The translations under genes and the position numbers were made by a program. The notes under the pieces were generated by a model. That model did not search any database. It was not told where the DNA came from and saw only the letters and a program-made list of their open reading frames with translations. This document shows, piece by piece, positions 10,112-20,243 of a stretch of 64,000 nt of DNA. Source of the DNA: Candidatus Latescibacterota bacterium (GTDB taxonomy: Bacteria; Latescibacterota; UBA2968); the NCBI GenBank assembly GCA_965198115.1, contig OZ240241.1:6368001-6432000 (forward strand). The letters run 5' to 3'. Numbering within the stretch: the stretch's first letter is position 1; each line of letters starts with the position of its first letter.

Positions 10112-11476
10112 CTACGAGAACCAGAGCGAGAAGACCTCGGCGTTTCGTAGACTCAACCGCACGCTCCGGTTCTCGTTGTGGTTGTCCTTCGAAGCAGGAC
10201 TTCGCCACTTGATTGTGTGATCGAGCGAGTCGCCGTCGAACGGGAGGCACGTGTCGCGTTCGAATCCCGGTACTACCGTTCCCGCCTCATTCAGCAGCTC
10301 CGCAGTGATCTGACCCCTTGATGCGTCGGCGTTGACGTGGAGCTGGTTGCCGGCGGGTATGGGCACGGAGACGAGTTCGCCTCCCCCGTCAGCGGCTCGA
10401 AGCCCTACCAATCTATCCCTTTGCCAACTCGCCAGGCCGACGGCCCGCTTCCAGTCGCCCTTCTTCTGTGCACCGTGAGGATGGTCCATGGCGAAGTAGT
10501 AAAGTCTGAGCTCGTCGCCGTCCTCGACGAAGGATTTGGCCGAGCGAATGAAGCCGCCGTCCCACTCGCCGCGCCTGCCCATCTCCAGAATGCGCCCGCG
10601 ATCTCCGACCCGCTCCCAGGTCTGGCCGTCCCGGCTGCTGATGAGCTGGACGTCAACGACTCCCTGGTTGTTCAGCCCGAGCGTGCCCATGGCATCGGTC
10701 GAGCGCAGGATGTCCATGAAGCCGAGGAGTAGGGAGCCATACCTGAATATCGGGATGCCGTAGATCTCCGAGGCCTTGTCCGGATTACCGTTGGTCCACG
10801 CGTCGTCGATCTGGTCGGGGATCACGGCTGGAAGAGGCAGCGTCCAGTCGTAGGCGTCCGCGCTCACGGTCCTGCTCTGAATGCGGATTCGACGGCCCCG
10901 GACCTCGAGGTATTGCTTGACCATGCCGCGAAAGAGCTTGTCGCGCTCGTCGTACGTATAAAATCCGACATCGCCGAAGCGGGGAATCACCGGCTCCGAC
11001 GACCATTCCGTCCAGTTCAGCCCGTCGTCGGAAAAACGGACGTGGTGGCCGGGCCCGCTGAACGACAACAGCGTGTAGCGCCGGCCCGGCCCCAACTGGG
11101 GGGTGCTCATCACGTTCGAGTACTGGTGGGGGCGGCTCTCAGGATCGAGGAAAACGTTGTTTCTGGTTGATCCTTCAGGGTCGGTGAACTGACCCAGAGA
11201 CGGCAAGCGCCACTCGACTCCGTCGTCGCTCTCGGCGTACATATGCCACAGGCGGCCCTTGTTGTGGCCGTGCTGCCCGACGCCCGATCCGTACCACATG
11301 CGGTAGACGCCCTCCTCCTTCAACACAGTACCGAGTATGGACTGGCCTGATTCCCACTTGCGGTCGCACCTCAGGACCGGGTTGCACTCGAACTTCTCGC
11401 CCGGGTGGATACGGCGCTGCATGCCTTCCATCGATTGGACCTGAGCGTCGTCGATAAAGAGGACTCTATCTGTCAT
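10112..11476 (-). CDS. Five-bladed beta-propeller glycosidase-like protein (GH32/GH43-like fold)
   Basis: LFIDD start, YRMWY, YAESDDG, LISSRDGQTWERVGDR, LHVNADA; ATGA overlap with the upstream paralog. Confidence 0.7.
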   Translation of the reverse strand: MTDRVLFIDDAQVQSMEGMQRRIHPGEKFECNPVLRCDRKWESGQSILGTVLKEEGVYRMWYGSGVGQHGHNKGRLWHMYAESDDGVEWRLPSLGQFTDPEGSTRNNVFLDPESRPHQYSNVMSTPQLGPGRRYTLLSFSGPGHHVRFSDDGLNWTEWSSEPVIPRFGDVGFYTYDERDKLFRGMVKQYLEVRGRRIRIQSRTVSADAYDWTLPLPAVIPDQIDDAWTNGNPDKASEIYGIPIFRYGSLLLGFMDILRSTDAMGTLGLNNQGVVDVQLISSRDGQTWERVGDRGRILEMGRRGEWDGGFIRSAKSFVEDGDELRLYYFAMDHPHGAQKKGDWKRAVGLASWQRDRLVGLRAADGGGELVSVPIPAGNQLHVNADASRGQITAELLNEAGTVVPGFERDTCLPFDGDSLDHTIKWRSPASKDNHNENRSVRLSLRNAEVFSLWFS

Positions 11477-12846
11477 CGCTCCCACCATAGGGAGAAAAGC
11501 TCGGCATCTCTCAGCGTCAGGTGAATGTGTACCGTTCGATCTGCGAGCGACGAGAGGTCGCCCGCGCTCCATTCGACTGCATGGTCGAGAGCGTCGCTGT
11601 CTGTGAGCGCGTTGCAGTCAGCGGTCGAGAAGCCTTCTATGGCTGACCCATCTTCGTCGAGAAGCGCGGCGGTCACCTGCCCTCTCGAGGCGTCGGCATT
11701 GATGTGCAGCCGGCCTGAGGCAGCAGTCGCCGCGGTCTCGACGACGCCGTCGCCACGGGCAGCCAGTCCGACGAGCCTGTCGAGCGGCCAGGATGCTGTG
11801 CCGATACTCTTCGACCACTTGCTTCGCGCCAAGGCGTCGGGCGTCCTCTGGCAGCCAGTGTAGTACGCGACGACCCTGTCTCCGTCTTCGACCAGCGAGT
11901 TACCCATCCACACGAGCCCACTATCCCACGACGCGTCGTCGCTGCCTCGCTCGATGATTGGGTGCCGGTCTCCCACGCGATGCCAGGTTTTGCCGTCTCT
12001 GCTGGACACGAGCTGGACGTCCATCTCGCCGTCGAATCCGTCGCCGACGACGTGGCCGCGGAGCACCTGGAGGAAGCCCAGCAGCACCGGGCCATATCGG
12101 GCGATCGGCATGGCAGGGAAGAGGGTCCTCTTTTCGGACTCGCTGCCGGCCCATTCCGTATCCGCCTCATCGGGCGTCAGCACCGGGCGGGGGAGTGACC
12201 ACTCGAGCGCATCCGCGCTCTGCGTCGAGAACAAGTGCGGATCGGATGCGTCCCAGGCGATCATTCCGCGAAAGGACTCGTCGACCTCGTCGTAGATGAA
12301 GCACCCGCGCTCGCCAAAACCGGGGATGACCGGTGTCTGCGGCCCGTCACGCCAGCGCAGCCCGTCGTCGGAGTAGGCGACGAAGTGGCCGTTGTAGGGC
12401 AGGTCGTAGCCTACCCCATACGAGAGCATCGTGTAAGTGTGGCCGTCAGACGCGTGAGGGCTATGCAGCACGGAAGAGTTGATGTCTTTGCTGAACGCCG
12501 GTCTGACGAAGGCGATGTTGTTCGCGACCGAACCGGTCGAATCTTCCGTCATGCCGAGCGCGGGCTTCGACCACGCGAGACCGTCGTCGCTTTCGGCGTA
12601 GAGATGTAGGGAACGGATGAAGGTGTCGATCCCGTCAGGGTCCGGAACGGTGGCGTAGGTTTGGTACCACATCCGGTACCGCTCGGCCTCCTTGCGGACA
12701 GTACCCAGGGTTGTCTCGGACCCCTCCCAGTCACGGTCGGAGGTGACAACCGGGTTCCCATCGTACTTGCGGGCGGGGTGGATGCGGCGCTCGACGTCCC
12801 TCATCGAGGTGATTTGGGCATCGTCGATGAAGAGGAATTTGTTCAT
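11473..12846 (-). CDS. Paralogous beta-propeller glycosidase-like protein
   Basis: Same motifs (LFIDD, YAESDDG, VSSRDGKTW, LHINADA, LFSLW). Confidence 0.7.
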   Translation of the reverse strand: MNKFLFIDDAQITSMRDVERRIHPARKYDGNPVVTSDRDWEGSETTLGTVRKEAERYRMWYQTYATVPDPDGIDTFIRSLHLYAESDDGLAWSKPALGMTEDSTGSVANNIAFVRPAFSKDINSSVLHSPHASDGHTYTMLSYGVGYDLPYNGHFVAYSDDGLRWRDGPQTPVIPGFGERGCFIYDEVDESFRGMIAWDASDPHLFSTQSADALEWSLPRPVLTPDEADTEWAGSESEKRTLFPAMPIARYGPVLLGFLQVLRGHVVGDGFDGEMDVQLVSSRDGKTWHRVGDRHPIIERGSDDASWDSGLVWMGNSLVEDGDRVVAYYTGCQRTPDALARSKWSKSIGTASWPLDRLVGLAARGDGVVETAATAASGRLHINADASRGQVTAALLDEDGSAIEGFSTADCNALTDSDALDHAVEWSAGDLSSLADRTVHIHLTLRDAELFSLWWER

Positions 12847-13005
12847 CGTGGTTTGGATTCATTTGGCATTAGTTGCCACCCAAGGGCGCGGCCCGAAGAG
12901 AATATGCGCACAGTCTGATTGAGGATAAGCGATCATGAAAAAGGGCAAAACCGAAAACATCCGCGATGCCCCTTTCGTCTGCACCCCCCCGCTTCGCCAA
13001 AACCT

Positions 13006-13060
13006 GAGCTCGATTCCCTTGTCAGGCTACGTGAGAACGCCGTTTATTCTTCCTATCCGC
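13006..13060 (+). repeat. 55-bp junction repeat, copy 1
   Basis: GAGCTCGATTCCCTTGTCAGGCTACGTGAGAACGCCGTTTATTCTTCCTATCCGC, identical to 26512-26566. Confidence 0.95.
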
Positions 13061-13088
13061 GGTTGTTGCACACTGAGGGGAAACACCT

Positions 13089-13850
13089 ATGACCGACGAT
13101 CTGGATCCCAGAAGGCACCTCGAGCTCGAAGGTACTGTCAACACGAGAGATGTCGGCGGCTACGCGACCGCAGACGGGCGCCAGACGCGCTGGGGCCAAC
13201 TGCTCCGGTCCGACTCTCTGCACGAGCTCTCGCCGGCGTCACAGCAGACCCTGATCGACTTCGGCCTGCGCTCCGTTCTGGATCTGCGCAAGAGCCGGGA
13301 GATGCAGGAGAAGCGCAACGCCTTCTTCGGCTCGGACCAGGGGGTGACCTACTACCACCAGAACATGGTCGGCGACACCCTGATCCGGGAGCGCGAGGAC
13401 ATCCCCAAGGGGCTGGACTACGTCGAGCACATGCGGTGGTCCTACTCGGTGGTCCTGGACCGGCGCAAGTCGCACATCCACGACACGCTGGTGCTGCTGT
13501 CGCAGGAGGGTACTCTGCCCGCCCTCGTGCACTGCGCCGGCGGCACCGAGCGGACCGGCCTCATCGTCGGCCTCGTCCTCGGGATCGTCGGGGTGCCGGA
13601 CGAGACCATCGCCGAGGACTTCGCCCTCACTGCCCGCCTCACCTACGACCAGCATCTGAAGACCCATCCGGAAGTCGACGCCGACAGCTACAGCCTGCAG
13701 GATCACCAGGATCGCGTGTGCCGTCCCGATACCATGCTGGCCGTGCTGCGTACCCTGGAGGAGCGCTACTGCGGCGTCGTCGGCTACGCGCGCAACATCG
13801 GCATGAGCGAAGCGCAGATCGAGGCGCTGCGCGAGGCCATGGTCGAGTAG
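13089..13850 (+). CDS. Tyrosine-protein phosphatase (Y_phosphatase3 family)
   Basis: NTRDVGGY, LLRSD, VLDLR, P-loop HCAGGTERTG. Confidence 0.85.
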   Translation: MTDDLDPRRHLELEGTVNTRDVGGYATADGRQTRWGQLLRSDSLHELSPASQQTLIDFGLRSVLDLRKSREMQEKRNAFFGSDQGVTYYHQNMVGDTLIREREDIPKGLDYVEHMRWSYSVVLDRRKSHIHDTLVLLSQEGTLPALVHCAGGTERTGLIVGLVLGIVGVPDETIAEDFALTARLTYDQHLKTHPEVDADSYSLQDHQDRVCRPDTMLAVLRTLEERYCGVVGYARNIGMSEAQIEALREAMVE

Positions 13851-13946
13851 CCCCGATGAAAGTCACCGCAGTCGACCTGACCCCGGAAGCTTTGGTAACT
13901 GGTAGATCAGTCACGCAGAAAACTCCCACACGTCACTCCAGTCCAA

Positions 13947-14412
13947 TCAAATACCGGAGGCGGCTTTCGCCCGCACACGCCAGTAGTAGGTGCGGCCGTG
14001 GATCAGCCAACCCTGCGGGATTTCCCAACTTGCGATGTTTGAAAAAGTGAAGCGGTCAAGGCTAGGCGATACCGGATACAGCATGTCCTTTCGGGGCGAT
14101 ACTTGGACGTGGTACGTTTCTACGGGTGTGTCGAGCGCAACCCATTCAAGAAGCGAGCGACCAGTCTGTGCAGGGCTGCTCGGCGGTACGGTGGCTTCTG
14201 GATGCATCGGTTTGGGTGCGTCCGAGTTCTCTGCCCAGCAGTGAGTAATCAAGACCTTGCCGGGCCGGAGGGAATCGTCGGTGTAAGAGACGGTGTTGTC
14301 TCCGCAGGAGAGGGCAGGCAGTGACGTCTCTGCCATTTGCAGGTCAATGCTGATTCCTATAGCGGTCAGAGAAATGTCGTCGGGGGTTAGCCCCGGGTTG
14401 GAGGATGATCCT
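13947..14412 (-). pseudogene. C-terminal fragment of a large hypothetical protein with an Fn3-like end, cut by IS630
   Basis: LQMAETSLPALSCGDN..YTDDS...YHVQVS...GRTYYWRVRAK; no 5' part. Confidence 0.5.
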
Positions 14413-14414
14413 TA

Positions 14415-15676
14415 GTACTCCTGTTCGCAAATACGGTGACGTATTCTAAGCAGACTTTGCCAAGGGCGTATCGTAGAACCTGAGTTTGTCGATCATCTCC
14501 GCGAGATCTGTTCGTGTGAACTTCCATTTGAAGGGTGTGGCGATACGTCCGTAGCGTTCCTGAAAACCGAGGATTCTTGCCTCAAGCTCTTCGAGCGATG
14601 CAAATTCGATAGGTGTCAGAGCCTTGCGTTTGAGGATCGAGAAGTAGATCTCGATCTGATTGAGCCAGCTTGCGTGGATCGGAAGGTGAACGGGGTGGAT
14701 GTTTGGCCACTTCCCCTGGATACGGTCGATGCATGTTTGCCCTCGGTGCGAGGAGCCATTATCCACGATGAGGTAGACTTTCTTTGCCGAGCAATAGGGT
14801 TTCCGGCTCATGATCAGGCTCAGGAGCCGGTTGAAGGGCTCGATACCCGAAGAAGACTCACAGAGACCGAAGATTCGACCATTGTGCACGTCGAGAGCAG
14901 CCAGATAGGCCAGGGCTCCTTTCCGCTCGTATTCGTGTTTCAACGCGTGCCGCTCTGTTCGAGGCTGGCGGTAGGGTAACGTGCTTGCGAGCTCGTGCTT
15001 GAATACTGGTCTTTTCGTCGGCAGAAAGTACATATTCCCTCGGCCCTAAAGGCTTTCCTTGCCATTGGCGGTGATACAGATCAAGGACTCTACCTGCTTT
15101 GGTTTGGAAGTCCGGGTCCCGTGGGAAAATCCAGGAGCGATGATACCAAGGACGAATCGCGTCCTCGTTCAACCAGCGCCAGACAGTGGCGCCGCTGATC
15201 TTGGCAACGAAGCCCCTTTGCACTGCCTCGGCGGCAATCTCGGAACAGCTGAACCGCGAGAGCGGTATCCCGCTCTCGCTCGGTAGTTCACACGCCAGCG
15301 CCTTGATCTGAACGACCACCTGAGGGGGGAAAACCGGGCGGGCGCCCGGGACGAGATCTATCTTCGAGTCCCGAAAGACGCTCTTCGAAAAAGCGCTTAC
15401 GCCATTTGCTTACGATCGGACGCGGGACATCCAACCGTTGGGCGATACTCTTGTTGGATAATCCCTCGGCGGCGAGAAGCACGATTTTCGATCGGATCAC
15501 TTGATAATACGGTAACGTATATTGTCCAGCCATTCGCTCGAGGTCGACCCGTTCCTTCTCAGACAGTAGCACCACATAAGGCGAACGTCTTGGCATTGTT
15601 CTCCTCCTTTTGAAGGAGAACATAAGCTACAAATAATGTTCAAGACATACGTAATAATGTTTATGAAACCATGCAC
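14415..15676 (-). mobile_element. IS630-family element, copy A (1262 bp)
   Basis: HTH orf 15288-15623, TTTTCCCCC slippery site, DDE (DEKTSIQA, DNGSSH, SWLNQIEIYF); TTA on both flanks; near-identical to 34291-35552. Confidence 0.9.
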
Positions 15677-16158
15677 TTAGGAAAATGCCGGTATACCTTC
15701 TTTAAATGGGAGGCGTACATACCCGGTTCCATCCATAACCGAAACATCGTCCAAGAGGACAGCCCGTTTTCGAACGCCATCCTTTGTTCTGGCCTGAATC
15801 GTCTCTTGCTGAAATGGGCCCGCTGGATAAAGGCCCGGTCGATCGGATTTCTGAGCGTCATCGTCAGTTTTAACATTGGGCAAATCCCGTTCAATCCTCT
15901 CCAAGGCGCGCTCAACCAGCATATATGAATTCGTCGTCTCGCCTATCGCCCGCTGGTCCGACCAATCGGAGAAATAAGTCCGCTCATACCACTGTAAACC
16001 TTGGCAGTAATCCGACACGAAGAACTTCACATTATCCAAGTGTTCCGGAACATAGACATCAGGGTGCTCCTTGTATACGTTCCATAGCCACGATGACGCG
16101 CACTTGGCGGCGCCTATATGCAGAAAATTTGGTAGTATGGCATCCTCTCTCTTCTCAA
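15677..16158 (-). pseudogene. Sulfotransferase, frameshifted near 15867 and truncated by IS630
   Basis: PNFLHIGAAKCASSWL (5'PSB), LRNPIDRA (3'PB). Confidence 0.75.
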
Positions 16159-16912
16159 TTCCAGTGACTCAGATCCCTTTCTGTAATCTCCTGGACAGCC
16201 TCGATGTCTTCTCTAAAGAGCGCCTGTAGTTGCGCCCTTACTCCGTCCGGCATACCTTTTTCGATCAAGCCCTTGTGGTCAGCTCCCCGGTCACCCGGAA
16301 ACCCTACCATACGATCAAGAATAGTAGGCTTGAAGTCGCAGTCCACATCCAGGAACTCGAGGAATGTCCGCAAGAAATCACGCGGATTCTTAACTAAGTC
16401 GTCATAAAGCATGACCAGCACGCGATCCTTTGGAAAACACCGAAAGACATTTTCAAGTGCATAGCATACATGCTGGGCTCCATCCCATATCGAAACCACG
16501 CCCACCCGTGCGGTTTCAAGGCATCCTCAAATGCCAACCTTTGTTCGGGGCCGAATCCTCGTCTATAGTGAAGATGCACCCACGCAACATATGACCGTTC
16601 AACCGGGTTCCGCAGCGTCATCGTCAGCCTGACATCCGGCAGATCCCTTGCGATCCGCTCCAGCGCCGGTTCCGAAACCATGTAGGAGTTGCTTGTCTCC
16701 CCCAGGACCCTTTCACCAGCCCAGTGACCGAAGTAGGTTTTCTTGTACCAATCGAAACCCCGGTGATAGTCTTCTAGAAAAAAGCTCGGGTTGCCCACAT
16801 CGGTTGGGACGCACATCTCAGGATGTTCCTGGTAGGCGCGCCATAGCCACGTAGACGCACACTTGGCTGCACCGATATGCAAGAAGTTTGGCAGCAAGTC
16901 TCTTTTCCTCAC
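16155..16912 (-). CDS. Sulfotransferase (frameshift near 16455)
   Basis: PNFLHIGAAKCASTWL, LRNPVERS, LYDDLVKNP..FLEFLDV. Confidence 0.8.
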
Positions 16913-17072
16913 GAATGTTCGGCTGACGGTGCGGAATGGTCGGGTTTCAACGACAGAGCGCCGACAGTCTGAATCTACCTTTGGCCGCGTCGTCCATCAA
17001 CCGCCCCGCCGTACTGCCAGAGGGCGTATCCTACTTGTAGCCCATCTCAGACCGATGAAGGAAGGAGACGGC

Positions 17073-17999
17073 GTGTCATTCGACCTGACGATCCCGATCG
17101 CTGAGCTTTCCGACCAGGGATATACGGTGATCGAGGGCATGCTCGGCGAGAGTGAGCTGGAGGAGGTGCGCGCGGCCCTCGAACAGGCGGCAGAGCAGGA
17201 CCGGAAGAATCCCTTCGATCCCGGGGAAACCGAGACCTTGGATGGCGATGCGGCCATCGAGGCATTCCTGGCCGAAAGCTACTCGATCAGTAAACAAGAG
17301 CTGCGCCGCATTATGCGTCAGATTCGCCACACCAGGGCACAAAACTACGGCACTCCGTGGCCGCTGCCGATCGCGGAAGTGCCCAGGAATTTCGTCCAGT
17401 TGGCGAATTTCACGGAGGACGGTACGCAGTACGTAAGGAACCTGCCGGTCAAAAACGAGCTCTTCCTGAAGCTGATGGAGGACGCGAGAGTGCTGGCCCT
17501 TACGAGGAGCGTCCTGGGTGACGACTGTATCCTCTCCGACCTCTCCGCCAACATTCTCGGGCCTCATACCGCGGGCCAATCGTGGCACGTAGATGCCCCT
17601 CTGCAACAGTTGCCGGACCCCCTGCCTGAATTCGCCCTCACGACTCAGAGCGTCTGGATGATCGACGATTTCACCCATGAGAATGGGGCGACCCGCCTGG
17701 TACCCGGTAGCCACCGAAAGCGCAGGAAGCCCACGTGGGTGAATGAGGTCATGGAAGACGAGATATCGCTCGAAGCCCCGGCGGGGTCCTTGGCGATTTG
17801 GAGCTCGAACACCTGGCACAGGGCAGGCGCCAACACGACCGACCGATGTCGGCGGGCGGTCTTGGGCTACTACGCACGATCGTGGGTCAAACCCTTCACC
17901 GACTACCGGCCAAGTATCACGTCGGAGATGGCAGAGCGGATGTCGCCTACGGCGCGGTACCTCCTTGGCTTTTCCTCGAATGCCGTGCCCCGCGCGTGA
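17073..17999 (+). CDS. Phytanoyl-CoA dioxygenase (PhyH) family protein
   Basis: WHVD, DDFTHENGATRLVPGSH, WHRAGAN. Confidence 0.88.
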   Translation: MSFDLTIPIAELSDQGYTVIEGMLGESELEEVRAALEQAAEQDRKNPFDPGETETLDGDAAIEAFLAESYSISKQELRRIMRQIRHTRAQNYGTPWPLPIAEVPRNFVQLANFTEDGTQYVRNLPVKNELFLKLMEDARVLALTRSVLGDDCILSDLSANILGPHTAGQSWHVDAPLQQLPDPLPEFALTTQSVWMIDDFTHENGATRLVPGSHRKRRKPTWVNEVMEDEISLEAPAGSLAIWSSNTWHRAGANTTDRCRRAVLGYYARSWVKPFTDYRPSITSEMAERMSPTARYLLGFSSNAVPRA

Positions 18000-18172
18000 A
18001 AGTCGAGTGTCGGGGCCTGCGTCGTTTGGGTGTTCTGTTGATCGAGGTTGGACCGTGCGTGCACTTTGCGCATACTTGACCGTGCGACCGAGAAAGCTCT
18101 TTTTATTTTGAACTTGTGGGTTTTCAGGAAGCTGGGGGAAGTAGAAGACTTTAGCCTGTCCAGAGACGCCAA

Positions 18173-19202
18173 ATGAAGGCAACGTGCAAAATGGATTCCA
18201 GATGCACCGAGCTGAAGCTGCCGGAAGGCATGTCGGCTTCGATGGTGCGTTTGGGGAACGGGAACCTGCTCACTGTAAAGGACAATGCCGTTTTCACGAG
18301 CGGAGATGACGGCAAGTCGTGGTCTGAGAGGGGGCCTGTGTACACGGGCAAGAGACCGGGCATCCCCGGCTCGGGCCTGCTGCTTCAGACCCGCGACGAC
18401 TGGACGATCCTCCTCTACCTGGACTCGAGCAGTCGCATCTGGAGCTGGGATGACGAGACCGGCCAGGCCGACCCCAACGCGCGGCTCGACGTGTGGTCGT
18501 TGCGCAGTCCCGACGGCGGCGAGACCTGGATGGACCGCCAGCGGATCATGGAGGGGTACTGCGGCGCCCTCATCACCGCGGTGCAGATGGGCAGAGGCAA
18601 CATCGTCGTCCCAGTGCAGATCTTGCTGCGGGATCCGGACCGGCATGCCACAATGTCGTACATGTCGGAGGACGATGGCAAAACCTGGACCCACAGCAAC
18701 ATTCTCGACCTGGGCGGGCACGGGCATCACGACGGCGCCATGGAGGCCACGCTGGCAGAGTTGAAAAACGGCACCCTGCTGATGCTCCTCCGCACCAATC
18801 TGGATTATTTCTGGGCATCGTATTCCATGGACCAGGGCCGCTTGTGGCACATACTGCAGAAGTCCGCCATCGACGCCAGCAGTTCCCCGGGGTACCTGCT
18901 CCGTTTGGCCAGCGGCAGGCTGTGCCTGGTGTGGAATCGTCTCAATCCGCAGGATGGCAACGCCCCGGTCAGGAGGTCGGGCCACTACTCGCGGGCAGAG
19001 GGAAGAGTTGGCCATAGCCTTCTCCGACGACGAGGCCGAGTCGTGGTCTGACTCCCAGGTTGTCGTCACAAGCAGCGAGCCCCCCTTCCCTTGCTACCCT
19101 GTCGTTTTCGAGCACAGCCCCGGGCTGCTCTGGATTACGGCGGGCGACATGAAGTTCAGTCTGCGGGAAGGGGACTTCGTCGCGGCGGGTTCGACCCCAT
19201 GA
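18173..19202 (+). CDS. Sialidase-like BNR/Asp-box protein (frameshift near 18995)
   Basis: SGDDGKSW, SPDGGETW and SEDDGKTW Asp-boxes; C-terminus REELAIAFSDD in the next frame. Confidence 0.8.
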
Positions 19203-20226
19203 CCCAGGACTTCACCCGTGCGCGGCGCTGGACACACCCCAAGTGTTCCAGGCTCGACCTGCCCGCCGACCTACTGGGGCCATTCGTCCTCCTCGGCGAT
19301 GGTCGGATCTTGACCATCGAGAATGGCGACACCATAGTGAGCGGCGACGACGGGGCGACCTGGTCGGAGCCGCGTGCCGGCGCTGACTTGCCGGCATTGG
19401 GACTGATGCTGCGGACCCGGGACGGTACCCTCGTTCTGGTCTACAACGACAGCAGCACCTTCAAGTGGGGCTGGGTCGACGAGACCAGCGAGCCCATAGC
19501 CAATGTGCGCGGCGATGTGTGGACCGTGCGCAGCCTGACGACGGCGAAACGTGGATCGACCGGCAGCAGATACTGGACGGGTACTGTGGCGGCCTGATCG
19601 ACATCATCGAAACCAGCGCGGGCGATATCGTCGTGCCGGTGCCGGAGTTGCTCTACAATCCGGGACGGCACGGGACCGGCGCCTATGTGTCGGCGGACCA
19701 GGGCGCGACGTGGACCCACAGCAATGTGGTCGACCTGGGGGGTCACGGCCACCACGACGGTGGCGATGAGGGCACCCTTGTAGAACTCAGCGACGGCAGG
19801 CTATTGATGCTGCTGCGCACCAGCTGGGACAGGTTCTGGGAAGTGTTCTCCGACGATGGCGGTCGCTCGTGGCGCACGTTCCGCCCCAGCCAGATCGACG
19901 CCAGCAGCGCGCCCGGGTATCTGGCGCGACTGGCCAGTGGGCGCATTGCCCTGGTCTGGAACCGACTCTACCCCCACGGCAGGAACTACCACACCCGGCG
20001 CGGCATGCAGGCATCGAGCGTGCCCGCCAGCAACCACCGCGAGGAGCTTTCCATTGCCTTCTCCGAGGACGAGGGTGAGAGCTGGACTGAGCCGCAGGTA
20101 TTCGCCGTCGACCGCGACAAAATTTCGTATCCGAAGATCTTTGAGCGCAGGCCGGGCGAGCTCTGGATCACTACCGGATTCCAGGGCGCCCTTCAGGTCA
20201 AGCTCATGGAGGACGACTTCGCCTAG
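19199..20226 (+). CDS. Paralogous sialidase-like BNR protein (frameshift near 19535)
   Basis: SGDDGATW, SADQGATW, GGHGHHDG, SEDEGESW; ATGA overlap with the upstream paralog. Confidence 0.8.
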
Positions 20227-20243
20227 CACGCCGATGACCCTAG

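Noticed and set aside
13010-13030. tRNA gene at TCGATTCCC
   Set aside because: No cloverleaf, acceptor 5' strand or CCA can be built; kept only as an alternative att hypothesis.
12935-14050. 371-aa ORF and similar long Arg/Pro-rich or antisense ORFs in the track
   Set aside because: They are shadow frames of real genes, expected in high-GC DNA.
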